Shown piece after piece: positions 47,579-56,065 of a stretch of DNA of 64,000 nucleotides. The stretch is taken from positions 1 through 64,000 of IMG/VR virus record IMGVR_UViG_3300020469_003050. One strand, 5' to 3'. Position 1 is the stretch's first letter. Each line of letters begins with the position of its first letter. Under the pieces are notes generated by a model. That model worked only from the letters and a program-made list of their open reading frames with translations, made no database searches and had not been told where the DNA came from. The position numbers were made by a program, and so were the translations under genes.

Positions 47579-48144
47579 TGTATATAAAGTATTATGAGAA
47601 CCCGTTCCCCCATGCAATTATAGATAACTTTTTACCTCAAGAGTTATACGATAGAATTAAGACAAACATGGAAACTTACCCAGGTGGTTTATCTGGGCTA
47701 CCAGAAACAGATGAAATAAGAAAACATTTTGGTAATGAGTTAGAAAAGATACGTAATACTTTACTTGAACAAGTACCAAATGCATCAGCAAAAGAAATGA
47801 CACCTAATGATTATATCATATGGGCAAATAGACAGTATCCACATGCTGAATATAAGAATCATAATGATTCTCCTTGGAAACGATTATCAACAGTATTATA
47901 TGTTGGTAAGTTCAATCAAGGTACAGTATTCCACGAAAGTAGTGATCCAAAAGCAAGAATTGTTGGAAACGTAGAATGGAAAGAAAATAGAGCAATGTCA
48001 TTTGTTCCATCTACATCTAGTCACCATTCATATGCAAATAAACGCAAACATTTCAGAGATACAGTACTAATAAACATGGGTTCTGTAAAAGACATAAAAA
48101 GAGAGAAAAATAGCAAGCCTTTTAGCACTATTTTGAACAAATAA
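47578..48144 (+). CDS. 2OG-Fe(II) oxygenase
   Basis: PFPH.IIDNFLP, HND, GT, SHH, R. Confidence 0.75.
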   Translation: MYIKYYENPFPHAIIDNFLPQELYDRIKTNMETYPGGLSGLPETDEIRKHFGNELEKIRNTLLEQVPNASAKEMTPNDYIIWANRQYPHAEYKNHNDSPWKRLSTVLYVGKFNQGTVFHESSDPKARIVGNVEWKENRAMSFVPSTSSHHSYANKRKHFRDTVLINMGSVKDIKREKNSKPFSTILNK

Positions 48145-48159
48145 ATCATACCTAAAAAC

Positions 48160-48189
48160 TTGACATATCTCCGAATCGTGTTATATTAT
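48160..48189 (+). promoter_or_regulatory. early promoter with CGAATCG box
   Basis: TTGACA-N6-CGAATCG-TGT-TATATT. Confidence 0.75.
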
Positions 48190-48211
48190 ATACATGATGA
48201 AGGAGAAAGTT

Positions 48212-48682
48212 ATGAACAAATATGTTATCGAAACTGCTATCCGTGAAAACTATGCCGCTCATAATTCAGATTGGGACGGTGAGAGTTCTTATTGGAAGAA
48301 CAAAGGTGGTAGCACCTATGTTGTCGAAGCCAGCAGTTATGATGAGGCTTCATCTGTTATAGATTTAGTTACATCTTCAAACAATGCATACGAAGAAAAC
48401 TTCTTTGATTGTTATCAAGTTGATGGTAACTTTGAGTCAGAATTTGTAAAATCACAAAAAGAGTACGACCCAAAAGGTTGGGAAACATTATACCTTGATA
48501 ATGTTATTCGTAAGAATAGCAAAGGCGATTGGTATATGAAACGTGGTTATATCGTTGGTGGATTCCAGGAAGGAACAGAATATGAACATCTTATTGGTAA
48601 GTTTGTTGGTAATGTTGATAACCTTAGTACAGGCGAATGCGTCCTTAAAATTGAAGGCGATACCCGTACAAGTCTAGTTTAA
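48212..48682 (+). CDS. hypothetical early protein
   Basis: AAGGAG RBS; ENY...YWKNKGGSTYVV. Confidence 0.8.
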   Translation: MNKYVIETAIRENYAAHNSDWDGESSYWKNKGGSTYVVEASSYDEASSVIDLVTSSNNAYEENFFDCYQVDGNFESEFVKSQKEYDPKGWETLYLDNVIRKNSKGDWYMKRGYIVGGFQEGTEYEHLIGKFVGNVDNLSTGECVLKIEGDTRTSLV

Positions 48683-48695
48683 TATAGGAGATATA

Positions 48696-48878
48696 ATGAT
48701 TACATTTACGTTTAAAGCATATGGTAAGACTTTCAAAGCAAAAGCAGAGAAAGGTCTTGATGTTATGGAGAAAGCAAATAAAGAATTGCTTTGGTCTAAT
48801 CCTGTTTCAAAAGACGGTGCTTGGTTCGAAGAAGGCACGACAGGATATAAGTGGGTAGAAGGTAATTTTTTCGACTAA
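48696..48878 (+). CDS. hypothetical early protein
   Basis: AGGAG RBS. Confidence 0.75.
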   Translation: MITFTFKAYGKTFKAKAEKGLDVMEKANKELLWSNPVSKDGAWFEEGTTGYKWVEGNFFD

Positions 48879-48881
48879 AAC

Positions 48882-48909
48882 TTGACAATATCACGAATCG
48901 TGCTATATT
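48882..48909 (+). promoter_or_regulatory. early promoter with CGAATCG box
   Basis: TTGACA-N6-CGAATCG-TGC-TATATT. Confidence 0.75.
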
Positions 48910-48941
48910 AGTTAAGTAATCAAGAGAAGGAGAGAATCATT

Positions 48942-49337
48942 ATGACACAGTTTGACAAAGAAAAATTTCATTATCACGGTGGATACTTAATGTATCACGG
49001 TACATATGAAGGTCAGCCTTCATATGAAGAAGTTTATGGCAAAGATAAAATTCATCCTTCACGTATTGGAATGCCAGTAGAACTATTCATTGCTCGTTTC
49101 AAGTACGTATTTTTTCAAGGTGCTTTTAAGAACTTCCTAGTTAAAAACTTCACAGTTGAAGAATTTGCTGAAGGTTACAAAGCTGGTAAGTCACCATTAG
49201 ACATGCTAGAGGCAAAAGGTTTTATGACTCCTCAAGCAAAGAAATTGTGTAAGCAAAACGGTATGAAGCCTACACAAGAGAACTATAAAATTTGCATTCG
49301 TGCTATGTCAGAAAAATATATAAACGAGGCCGCATAA
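48942..49337 (+). CDS. hypothetical early protein
   Basis: AAGGAG RBS; FIARFKY...FLVKNFTVEE. Confidence 0.8.
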   Translation: MTQFDKEKFHYHGGYLMYHGTYEGQPSYEEVYGKDKIHPSRIGMPVELFIARFKYVFFQGAFKNFLVKNFTVEEFAEGYKAGKSPLDMLEAKGFMTPQAKKLCKQNGMKPTQENYKICIRAMSEKYINEAA

Positions 49338-49534
49338 TGATTAGAATTTTTAATAGTGCTTATTATAGCGATACTGGTGAAGAACGTCTAATACCAATGG
49401 ACGAGGCTAGTATCATAGAACAGAAAATAGATGCAAAGGGTCGTCCTTTTATATTCTTTGAGCATAAAGATTATCCGTTAGGTGGTCTACGTGCTTGGTT
49501 TGACGGCACTTATTGGCAGTGTGATTTAGACTAG
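49337..49534 (+). CDS. hypothetical protein
   Basis: TAATG coupling. Confidence 0.7.
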   Translation: MIRIFNSAYYSDTGEERLIPMDEASIIEQKIDAKGRPFIFFEHKDYPLGGLRAWFDGTYWQCDLD

Positions 49535-49542
49535 GAGGCGAT

Positions 49543-49671
49543 ATGCAACATCCAAATAACATAAAATTTACTAAAAGTACTATCTTTGGCCTATTACTTA
49601 CAGGTCTTATGATTTCAGCGAATATATACTATTTCTTTAATCCAACTCTGAAAGTTACTGAATTCTTTTAA
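49543..49671 (+). CDS. small single-TM protein (42 aa, not in the ORF track)
   Basis: AGGAGG RBS; MQHPNNIKFTKSTIFGLLLTGLMISANIYYFFNPTLKVTEFF. Confidence 0.6.
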   Translation: MQHPNNIKFTKSTIFGLLLTGLMISANIYYFFNPTLKVTEFF

Positions 49672-49703
49672 TAGCTTGTTTTGATTCCTTTCAAGCACAA
49701 CTT

Positions 49704-49730
49704 GGCCCACTCCGTGTGGGTCTTTTTTTT
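49704..49730 (+). terminator. intrinsic terminator
   Basis: GGCCCAC-TCCGT-GTGGGTC followed by T8. Confidence 0.85.
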
Positions 49731-49738
49731 AATTTAAA

Positions 49739-49746
49739 GATAAATA
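49739..49746 (+). promoter_or_regulatory. late promoter GATAAATA
   Basis: Heads the 49776-56065 block. Confidence 0.65.
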
Positions 49747-49775
49747 CACATAGCAGTTAATTATAGGAACAAAAC

Positions 49776-50894
49776 ATGAGACTATACGACTTATTTGAGA
49801 ACGAAAATACTAATCTTGTTGTGATTTATCCAGGAAGATTTCACCCATTTCACATTGGGCACGGGAAAGTATTCAAGTATCTAAAGCAAAAATACAAAGG
49901 CGCACAGGTGTTTATAGCATCTTCTGATAAAACAGATAATCATAAGTCACCTTTTACATTCCAAGAGAAGAAAAAGATGATGCAATTAGCTGGAGTAGAC
50001 CCTAATTCTATCGTTCAGTGTAAAGTTCCTTATGTTGCTACAGAGATTACAGATAGATTTGACCCAGATAAAACAGTAATAGTTTATGCAGTATCAGAGA
50101 AAGATATGGCAGAAGACCCTAGATTTAACTTTCCAGACGTTGGTATGGCTCTATTAACTAGAGGTGCTAAGAAAGGTCAACCTGCTCACATGCAGAAATG
50201 GCCAGGTATGAAGAATGCAAAACCATTACGTGACCATTCATATATTACTACAGTTCCTACATTTAAGTTTACACTTAGAGGAAAAGCAATCAATAGTGCT
50301 ACACAAATTCGTGACATGATTGCTAAAGCAGACGAGTCACAATTAGAACAGATTTTACAAGATTTATATGGCAATCCTAATATTCCAAAAGACGTAATGC
50401 AGTTGTTTCAAAACAAATTACAAAGCGGTATTACAAGTGAAAATTGGGAAGAGCCATCATTATACGAAGCGATAATGGAAGCCCAACTTACACACGATGT
50501 TGAAGAAAAGATTACTAAGAGAACACCAATGGGTGATGTAGTAAAAGATTTCTACAAAAGTGATGCTCCCCAATTTAAGGGTAAGAGCAAAGCAAAACGT
50601 AGACAGATGGCTATAGCGGCCAAACTATCTAAAATGGATGAAAAGGAAGATGATGCAGATTTACTAAAAGGGTTCGACCCAAAAACTGCAAGAGCATTGG
50701 TTCATTTAAAAACTAAATATCCACAAGCAGACAATGTGTTATCAGCCTTACTAGCAGATGTAGAAAAGAACGAAAGAGACGGTGATAAGACCGACTTCAA
50801 ACACGAACAAGAATTATCAAAACTAACAAAAGCGATAGAAGTATTGCAAAAAGAAATAAAAGTTTTGAAAAACACACAAGGAAAAATAAAATGA
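49776..50894 (+). CDS. HIGH-motif nucleotidyltransferase (cytidylyltransferase/NMNAT-like) plus appended small modules
   Basis: YPGRFHPFHIGH, PFTFQEK, SATQIR; N-terminus MRLYDLFE. Confidence 0.8.
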   Translation: MRLYDLFENENTNLVVIYPGRFHPFHIGHGKVFKYLKQKYKGAQVFIASSDKTDNHKSPFTFQEKKKMMQLAGVDPNSIVQCKVPYVATEITDRFDPDKTVIVYAVSEKDMAEDPRFNFPDVGMALLTRGAKKGQPAHMQKWPGMKNAKPLRDHSYITTVPTFKFTLRGKAINSATQIRDMIAKADESQLEQILQDLYGNPNIPKDVMQLFQNKLQSGITSENWEEPSLYEAIMEAQLTHDVEEKITKRTPMGDVVKDFYKSDAPQFKGKSKAKRRQMAIAAKLSKMDEKEDDADLLKGFDPKTARALVHLKTKYPQADNVLSALLADVEKNERDGDKTDFKHEQELSKLTKAIEVLQKEIKVLKNTQGKIK

Positions 50895-52399
50895 GATTAG
50901 ATGAAGTAGAACAACCGATAACTAATGCTCAGTTAAATGCTTTAGAGAAAGCACTAGACAAATTATTCGCTAGTCTTAATATCGATGTAGAATTTACTAG
51001 GCATTTTATTGATAGAGCAAATGATGACCGTAATGGTAATCCAATTACAATGTCAGAATTAGTAAACATGTTTAGAAAAGAATACAGACGTTGGGGCAAA
51101 CCTATTGCACAAATGGGCCCTGATGCTGAGGCAGTAATGAAAGACTTAGAAAGCGATATCAATATTCCTTTTGTATTGAAGTGGGACAGAGACAACGAAG
51201 AATTAGACTTAGTTGCTAAAACTGTTATGCGTAAAAAGAATTTTAAAACATCTAATAAAGAATTTCCTGTAGAGTCTAAAACATATAATACTATGTCAAA
51301 TGTAGGCAAAGCAAAGTATGTTGTAAACTTTCATGATGGAGAGAAAACACATAAAGATGGTTCTCGTTTCTATGACATGAGTACTTTTAAGAATGCAAAA
51401 GACTTAGAAAGTTTTGAGAAACAATTAAAATCAAAAGGGTATGTAAAAGAAACAAAAGTAGAAGAAATGCCAATACCAAAATCTACAATGTACGGACTTG
51501 TTATTGATGGTGAGTATGTTGCTAAAGGCTCAAAAGAAAAAATGAGAAGTATGCAAAAACAAAAAGGTGGAACAGTTTATAATGCTCCTGGTAAAAAAGT
51601 GGGAGATAAAGAAGGTACTGTTAAAGAAGATGAAACACCTAAACCAATGAGAAGAATTTCTGATGAAGAAAAACTTGCAGTGTTCAATGAACTAAAAGCA
51701 GGTGATACTGTACATCTTTGGTATGACTCAGCATTTAAACGTGGTGAGAAGTATAAGCCATTTAAAATGGGTAGACGTACTAAGTCAGAGAAATATAATC
51801 TATCAAAATTTTCAATGCAACAAATCAGTGCAGAAGGTATTCCAGCAGGCGTTAAATTTTTCTTATACAAAAGAGGCGACAAAGTATCTCTAGCAATGGG
51901 TGATATGGCCGCTACTCTAGTTGATATGCAGACAGACTTAGGTGAATACAAAATCAGTAGCAATAAACCTCTATCTAGTTTAGGTGGTTATGGTAATAAG
52001 AAACTTGCTAAGAAACAACCAGCAGTAGGTGATGGTATGTCAGAAGATGAAGTTTCAGAAGATGATTTTTATTTAATCGTAGAATATGAAAAAGGTAAGC
52101 CTGTTAAACAATCTGATCCTTTAAGAGTATTAGATAACTTAGCCGCACGTAATGACAATATGCCTTTCCCAATTAAGTTTAAAGATGGTGGAGACATTAA
52201 AGTTACACCTGAACTTGCAAAAAGATTTACAATGGCGTATCATGATATAGCAAGACCAGAACAAAAAGAAATGATTAAACAATATCTAAGAACTAAAGAA
52301 GGTTTCATGAAAATTGTAAAACAAATGCAATTAAAAAAGCCTGACTTTGGCAAAAATGCAGGCGCAAATATGGCCAGCTTAGATAGAAATGTTGCATAA
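50891..52399 (+). CDS. multi-module putative internal head protein
   Basis: MRLDEVE start; modules separated by PVE, VEE, VKE, LGE, VSE. Confidence 0.65.
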   Translation: MRLDEVEQPITNAQLNALEKALDKLFASLNIDVEFTRHFIDRANDDRNGNPITMSELVNMFRKEYRRWGKPIAQMGPDAEAVMKDLESDINIPFVLKWDRDNEELDLVAKTVMRKKNFKTSNKEFPVESKTYNTMSNVGKAKYVVNFHDGEKTHKDGSRFYDMSTFKNAKDLESFEKQLKSKGYVKETKVEEMPIPKSTMYGLVIDGEYVAKGSKEKMRSMQKQKGGTVYNAPGKKVGDKEGTVKEDETPKPMRRISDEEKLAVFNELKAGDTVHLWYDSAFKRGEKYKPFKMGRRTKSEKYNLSKFSMQQISAEGIPAGVKFFLYKRGDKVSLAMGDMAATLVDMQTDLGEYKISSNKPLSSLGGYGNKKLAKKQPAVGDGMSEDEVSEDDFYLIVEYEKGKPVKQSDPLRVLDNLAARNDNMPFPIKFKDGGDIKVTPELAKRFTMAYHDIARPEQKEMIKQYLRTKEGFMKIVKQMQLKKPDFGKNAGANMASLDRNVA

Positions 52400-52414
52400 T
52401 TAGGATTGTTTTAA

Positions 52415-55400
52415 ATGCGATTGCACGAATTTAAAATAGAAAAGCCCAAACCAGAAGATACTATGGGTATCACTAGAGACAAAATGCCTCAAGTGAAATC
52501 TACAGATTATGATGCATATAAATCTTATCTTAAAAAGAATGGTGTCACATTAAGACCACAAGTAGTACATGCAAAAGATTTAAAACCAGTACAATCAGAA
52601 TTTTCAGACCAAGGCGTTGAAAGACAATTAAACAAGAATAGAGAAAATGATGGACAGAACCCAAAACCTCTACTAGCAAGTAGTGACGATTGGATTATAG
52701 ATGGTCATCATAGATGGTTAGCCGCTTTAAACTCAAATAGAAACGTAAGTATTTTACGTGCAAATGTTGATGTGCATGAACTTTTATCCTTGACTTTAAA
52801 ATTTCCTAGTGTATACTTCAAAGATATCTACACAGAAGAGGAAGAGTCAATGGACGTGATTCAAAAAGCAGAGAAGTTTGCACAAGAGGCACACAAAGAC
52901 CATCAGAGAAAGTACACTGGTGATCCTTATTATGTCCATTTAGATGAAGTTAGAAACATAGTAAAACAAGCAGGCGGTACTGTAGAACAACAAGCGGCCG
53001 CTTTATTACATGATACAGTTGAAGATACAAGTGTTACACCAGTAGATGTAACAAGAGAATTTGGTCCTAAGATTGCTAAACTAGTTGTTGAACTTACTGA
53101 TGTAAGTAAACCAGAAGACGGTAATAGAAAAACACGTAAAGCAATCGATAGAGATAAACTAGCAGGTGTTAGTGCAGAAGCACAAACAGTTAAGTATGCA
53201 GACTTGATAAGCAATGGCAGAGACATAGGTAAAAATGACCCTAAGTTTGCTAAAGTGTATCATGCTGAAAAGGCAGATTTGCTAAGAGTTATGACAAAGG
53301 GTAATCAGAATTTAAGAAAACAAGCTATCGCATTATTACCTGATGAATTAAAATCAGTAGTAGGTGAGGCGTTTGGCAGAGCAAACTTTAACAAGCAATT
53401 AAAAAGAAAAGGCATCGATGTAGATAAGATGCATTCAGATAATGTTAAAGATGCTGAGGCATCTAAGAAAAGAAGTAAAGATGCAGAAGATGATTTAAAA
53501 GCATTTAGAAAAAAGCATGGCATAAAAGAAGAAACACCTTTCGGTTTACTTTCTCGTAAGATGAGTCATGTAATTAATAAAAAAGCATATATGAATATGG
53601 CACAGATGATGCATAAGATACTTACAAGAAAGTATAAAGAAACTAATGGTAAGTTAAGACATTCACTTGCCTATTATGCACAAATGTTAGCAATGCAAAC
53701 AAACAACAAAATAAACTATCGTGAACTTGAAAAAGAATACCTTGATATGTTTGGTAACGCAATGTTTGAAAACTCAGTTAAAGAGTCTTTAAACGAAGAA
53801 GCACTAAATGTTAAATCTATTATTACTCCTGCTATTCGTAAACTAGATAAAGTATTTAAAAAGAATAAACACGAAGTAAGAATTGTTGGTGGTGCAGTAA
53901 GAGATATCGCATTAGGTAAAGAGCCAAAAGATATTGACTTTGCCACAGATGCTACACCAGATGAAATGATTGCTATGCTTGATAAAGAAGGCATAAGACA
54001 TATTCCTACAGGTATAGAACATGGTACAATAACTGCGGTTATTGATGGAGAAGATTTTGAAATAACAACTTTACGTGCAGATACAAATACAGATGGTAGA
54101 CATGCTGATGTAGAATTTGTACGTTCATGGGAAGAAGATGCTAAACGTAGAGATTTAACATATAACGCAATGTCAATGGACATGGACGGTACAGTACATG
54201 ATTACAATGGTGGTATGGACGATTTACAAGATAAAGTAAGTAGGTTCGTAGGGGATCCAGAAGAAAGAATTAAAGAAGATTATTTGCGTATCTTAAGATA
54301 CTTTAGATTTCAATCTAAGTTAGATAGTCCAAAGTGGGACGATACTACATTAAATGCAATCAAAGATAATGCAGACGGTATGACAGGTTTATCTGTTGAA
54401 AGAATTTGGCAAGAAATGGGCAAATTGTTAATGGGTTCAAGTGCCAAAGAAGCACTTGAGTGGATGAACAAGACAGGCGTATCAAGTAAGATTGGACTTG
54501 AAGGTATCAATCCAGCTAAACTAGGTGAGCCTACAGGACCTATTATTGCACTTGCAAGAATGCTAGACAGTAGTGGTATTGCAAGAGATTGGAAGATGAG
54601 CAATTACGATAGAGAAATGTTTGACTTCTTAATCAAGCACAAAGGTGAAAACATAAATTCAAAACAAGCACAAGATATGATTATCAATGGTGCATCACAA
54701 GACCATTTACTTGCATGGGCAAACATGCATGGTAAGAATGATGTATATGATGCAGTACACGGATTTGAACAACCAGACTTCCCAATCAATGGTAAAGACT
54801 TACTAGCAAGAGGTTATGTAGCTGGTCCTAATCTTGGTAAGATGATTGCTGATTTAAAAGATGAGTGGATGAAATCTAACTATAAACTAAGCAAAGAACA
54901 ACTACTAAGCAAAGTTCCAGTTAGAGAAAATGCACTATTCGAAGCGGTTGCTAGATTTATGACAGGACATGGTATTACTTACAAAGGTAAGAAGTATGAT
55001 GAAATGAATGTAGAAGTAGTAGGTGTTGATAATGAAAAGAGACAATATCAAGTAATGATATTTGATCCAGAAGAATTACGTGGTGTAAATGTTATGATGA
55101 GTGCAAGATTTATGCACAGAGGCCCATGGGTTAAGACAAAGATACCTGATTACATGGGAGCAATAGAAAAAGGTTTAGATAAAGATAAGACAGATGAATG
55201 GATAGTTCCTGTTGGACAAGCAATAGCACATGGCGCCAGAATGGCGGCACCTCATGTAGCGAAGTTTCTGAGAAATGACCCTGCACCTAAGATAGCAGGT
55301 GGAGTTACATCAACAGGTGCGGCATATAATTGGGCAAAAAATAAGTACGATAGTTTTAAGAATAAGAAAAGTACAAAGCCAACAACGACAACAGAAGCAG

Positions 55401-56065
55401 AGACATCTACACCAGATGTATATGTTGATATGGACGGTGTGTTAGTTGATTTCTTCAATGAATGGGCTAGACTAGTTGGCGTTAAGTCATACAGAGATAT
55501 ACCAAAGAAAGATATAGGCAAAGCATTAAAGAAGATTGTTAGTACTCCAAACTTCTGGGAAGACTTGCCAACATTAGCAGGTTACAAAGATTTGCTACAA
55601 ACAATTAAGGCTGTAAAAGGCAAATACAAAATATTGAGTTCCCCTCTAGCAAATGATCCTAACGTAGATCCTGGCAAAAGAGAGTGGGTGAGAAAACATT
55701 TAAACTTCTTTAAACCAGAGCAAGTTATCATTGACCATAATAAATCAAAATATGCAAAGAAACAAGACGGTAGTCCGAACTTGTTAATTGATGATTTTGG
55801 TAAGAATGTCGATGCATGGCAATCAGCTGGTGGTATCGCAATTAAACATCACACAACAACTACTGCAAATACAGTACAAGCAATTAAGAAAGTATTCAGT
55901 ATAAAAGATGTTAAAGAAGCGGCTGGCGTAGGTAGAGTTATACCTGGCATAAATACCACAGTTGACGTAGGTCCCAACGAAATTACTAAACAAGCTAAAA
56001 AGTTTGGTAATGATGTAGATAAAGATGGGAAACCTAAGAAGCTACTGCGTACAAAGAAAAAATGA
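52415..56065 (+). CDS. multidomain protein: ParB/Srx-like + HD (Mesh1/SpoT-type) + CCA-adding tRNA nucleotidyltransferase + HAD 5'-nucleotidase-like
   Basis: IIDGHHRW; AH..QRK..PY..H...LLHDTVEDT...VKYAD..SN; VGGAVRD..DIDF, RRDLTYNAM, EDYLRILRYFRF; DMDGVL...LLIDD. Confidence 0.9.
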   Translation: MRLHEFKIEKPKPEDTMGITRDKMPQVKSTDYDAYKSYLKKNGVTLRPQVVHAKDLKPVQSEFSDQGVERQLNKNRENDGQNPKPLLASSDDWIIDGHHRWLAALNSNRNVSILRANVDVHELLSLTLKFPSVYFKDIYTEEEESMDVIQKAEKFAQEAHKDHQRKYTGDPYYVHLDEVRNIVKQAGGTVEQQAAALLHDTVEDTSVTPVDVTREFGPKIAKLVVELTDVSKPEDGNRKTRKAIDRDKLAGVSAEAQTVKYADLISNGRDIGKNDPKFAKVYHAEKADLLRVMTKGNQNLRKQAIALLPDELKSVVGEAFGRANFNKQLKRKGIDVDKMHSDNVKDAEASKKRSKDAEDDLKAFRKKHGIKEETPFGLLSRKMSHVINKKAYMNMAQMMHKILTRKYKETNGKLRHSLAYYAQMLAMQTNNKINYRELEKEYLDMFGNAMFENSVKESLNEEALNVKSIITPAIRKLDKVFKKNKHEVRIVGGAVRDIALGKEPKDIDFATDATPDEMIAMLDKEGIRHIPTGIEHGTITAVIDGEDFEITTLRADTNTDGRHADVEFVRSWEEDAKRRDLTYNAMSMDMDGTVHDYNGGMDDLQDKVSRFVGDPEERIKEDYLRILRYFRFQSKLDSPKWDDTTLNAIKDNADGMTGLSVERIWQEMGKLLMGSSAKEALEWMNKTGVSSKIGLEGINPAKLGEPTGPIIALARMLDSSGIARDWKMSNYDREMFDFLIKHKGENINSKQAQDMIINGASQDHLLAWANMHGKNDVYDAVHGFEQPDFPINGKDLLARGYVAGPNLGKMIADLKDEWMKSNYKLSKEQLLSKVPVRENALFEAVARFMTGHGITYKGKKYDEMNVEVVGVDNEKRQYQVMIFDPEELRGVNVMMSARFMHRGPWVKTKIPDYMGAIEKGLDKDKTDEWIVPVGQAIAHGARMAAPHVAKFLRNDPAPKIAGGVTSTGAAYNWAKNKYDSFKNKKSTKPTTTTEAETSTPDVYVDMDGVLVDFFNEWARLVGVKSYRDIPKKDIGKALKKIVSTPNFWEDLPTLAGYKDLLQTIKAVKGKYKILSSPLANDPNVDPGKREWVRKHLNFFKPEQVIIDHNKSKYAKKQDGSPNLLIDDFGKNVDAWQSAGGIAIKHHTTTTANTVQAIKKVFSIKDVKEAAGVGRVIPGINTTVDVGPNEITKQAKKFGNDVDKDGKPKKLLRTKKK

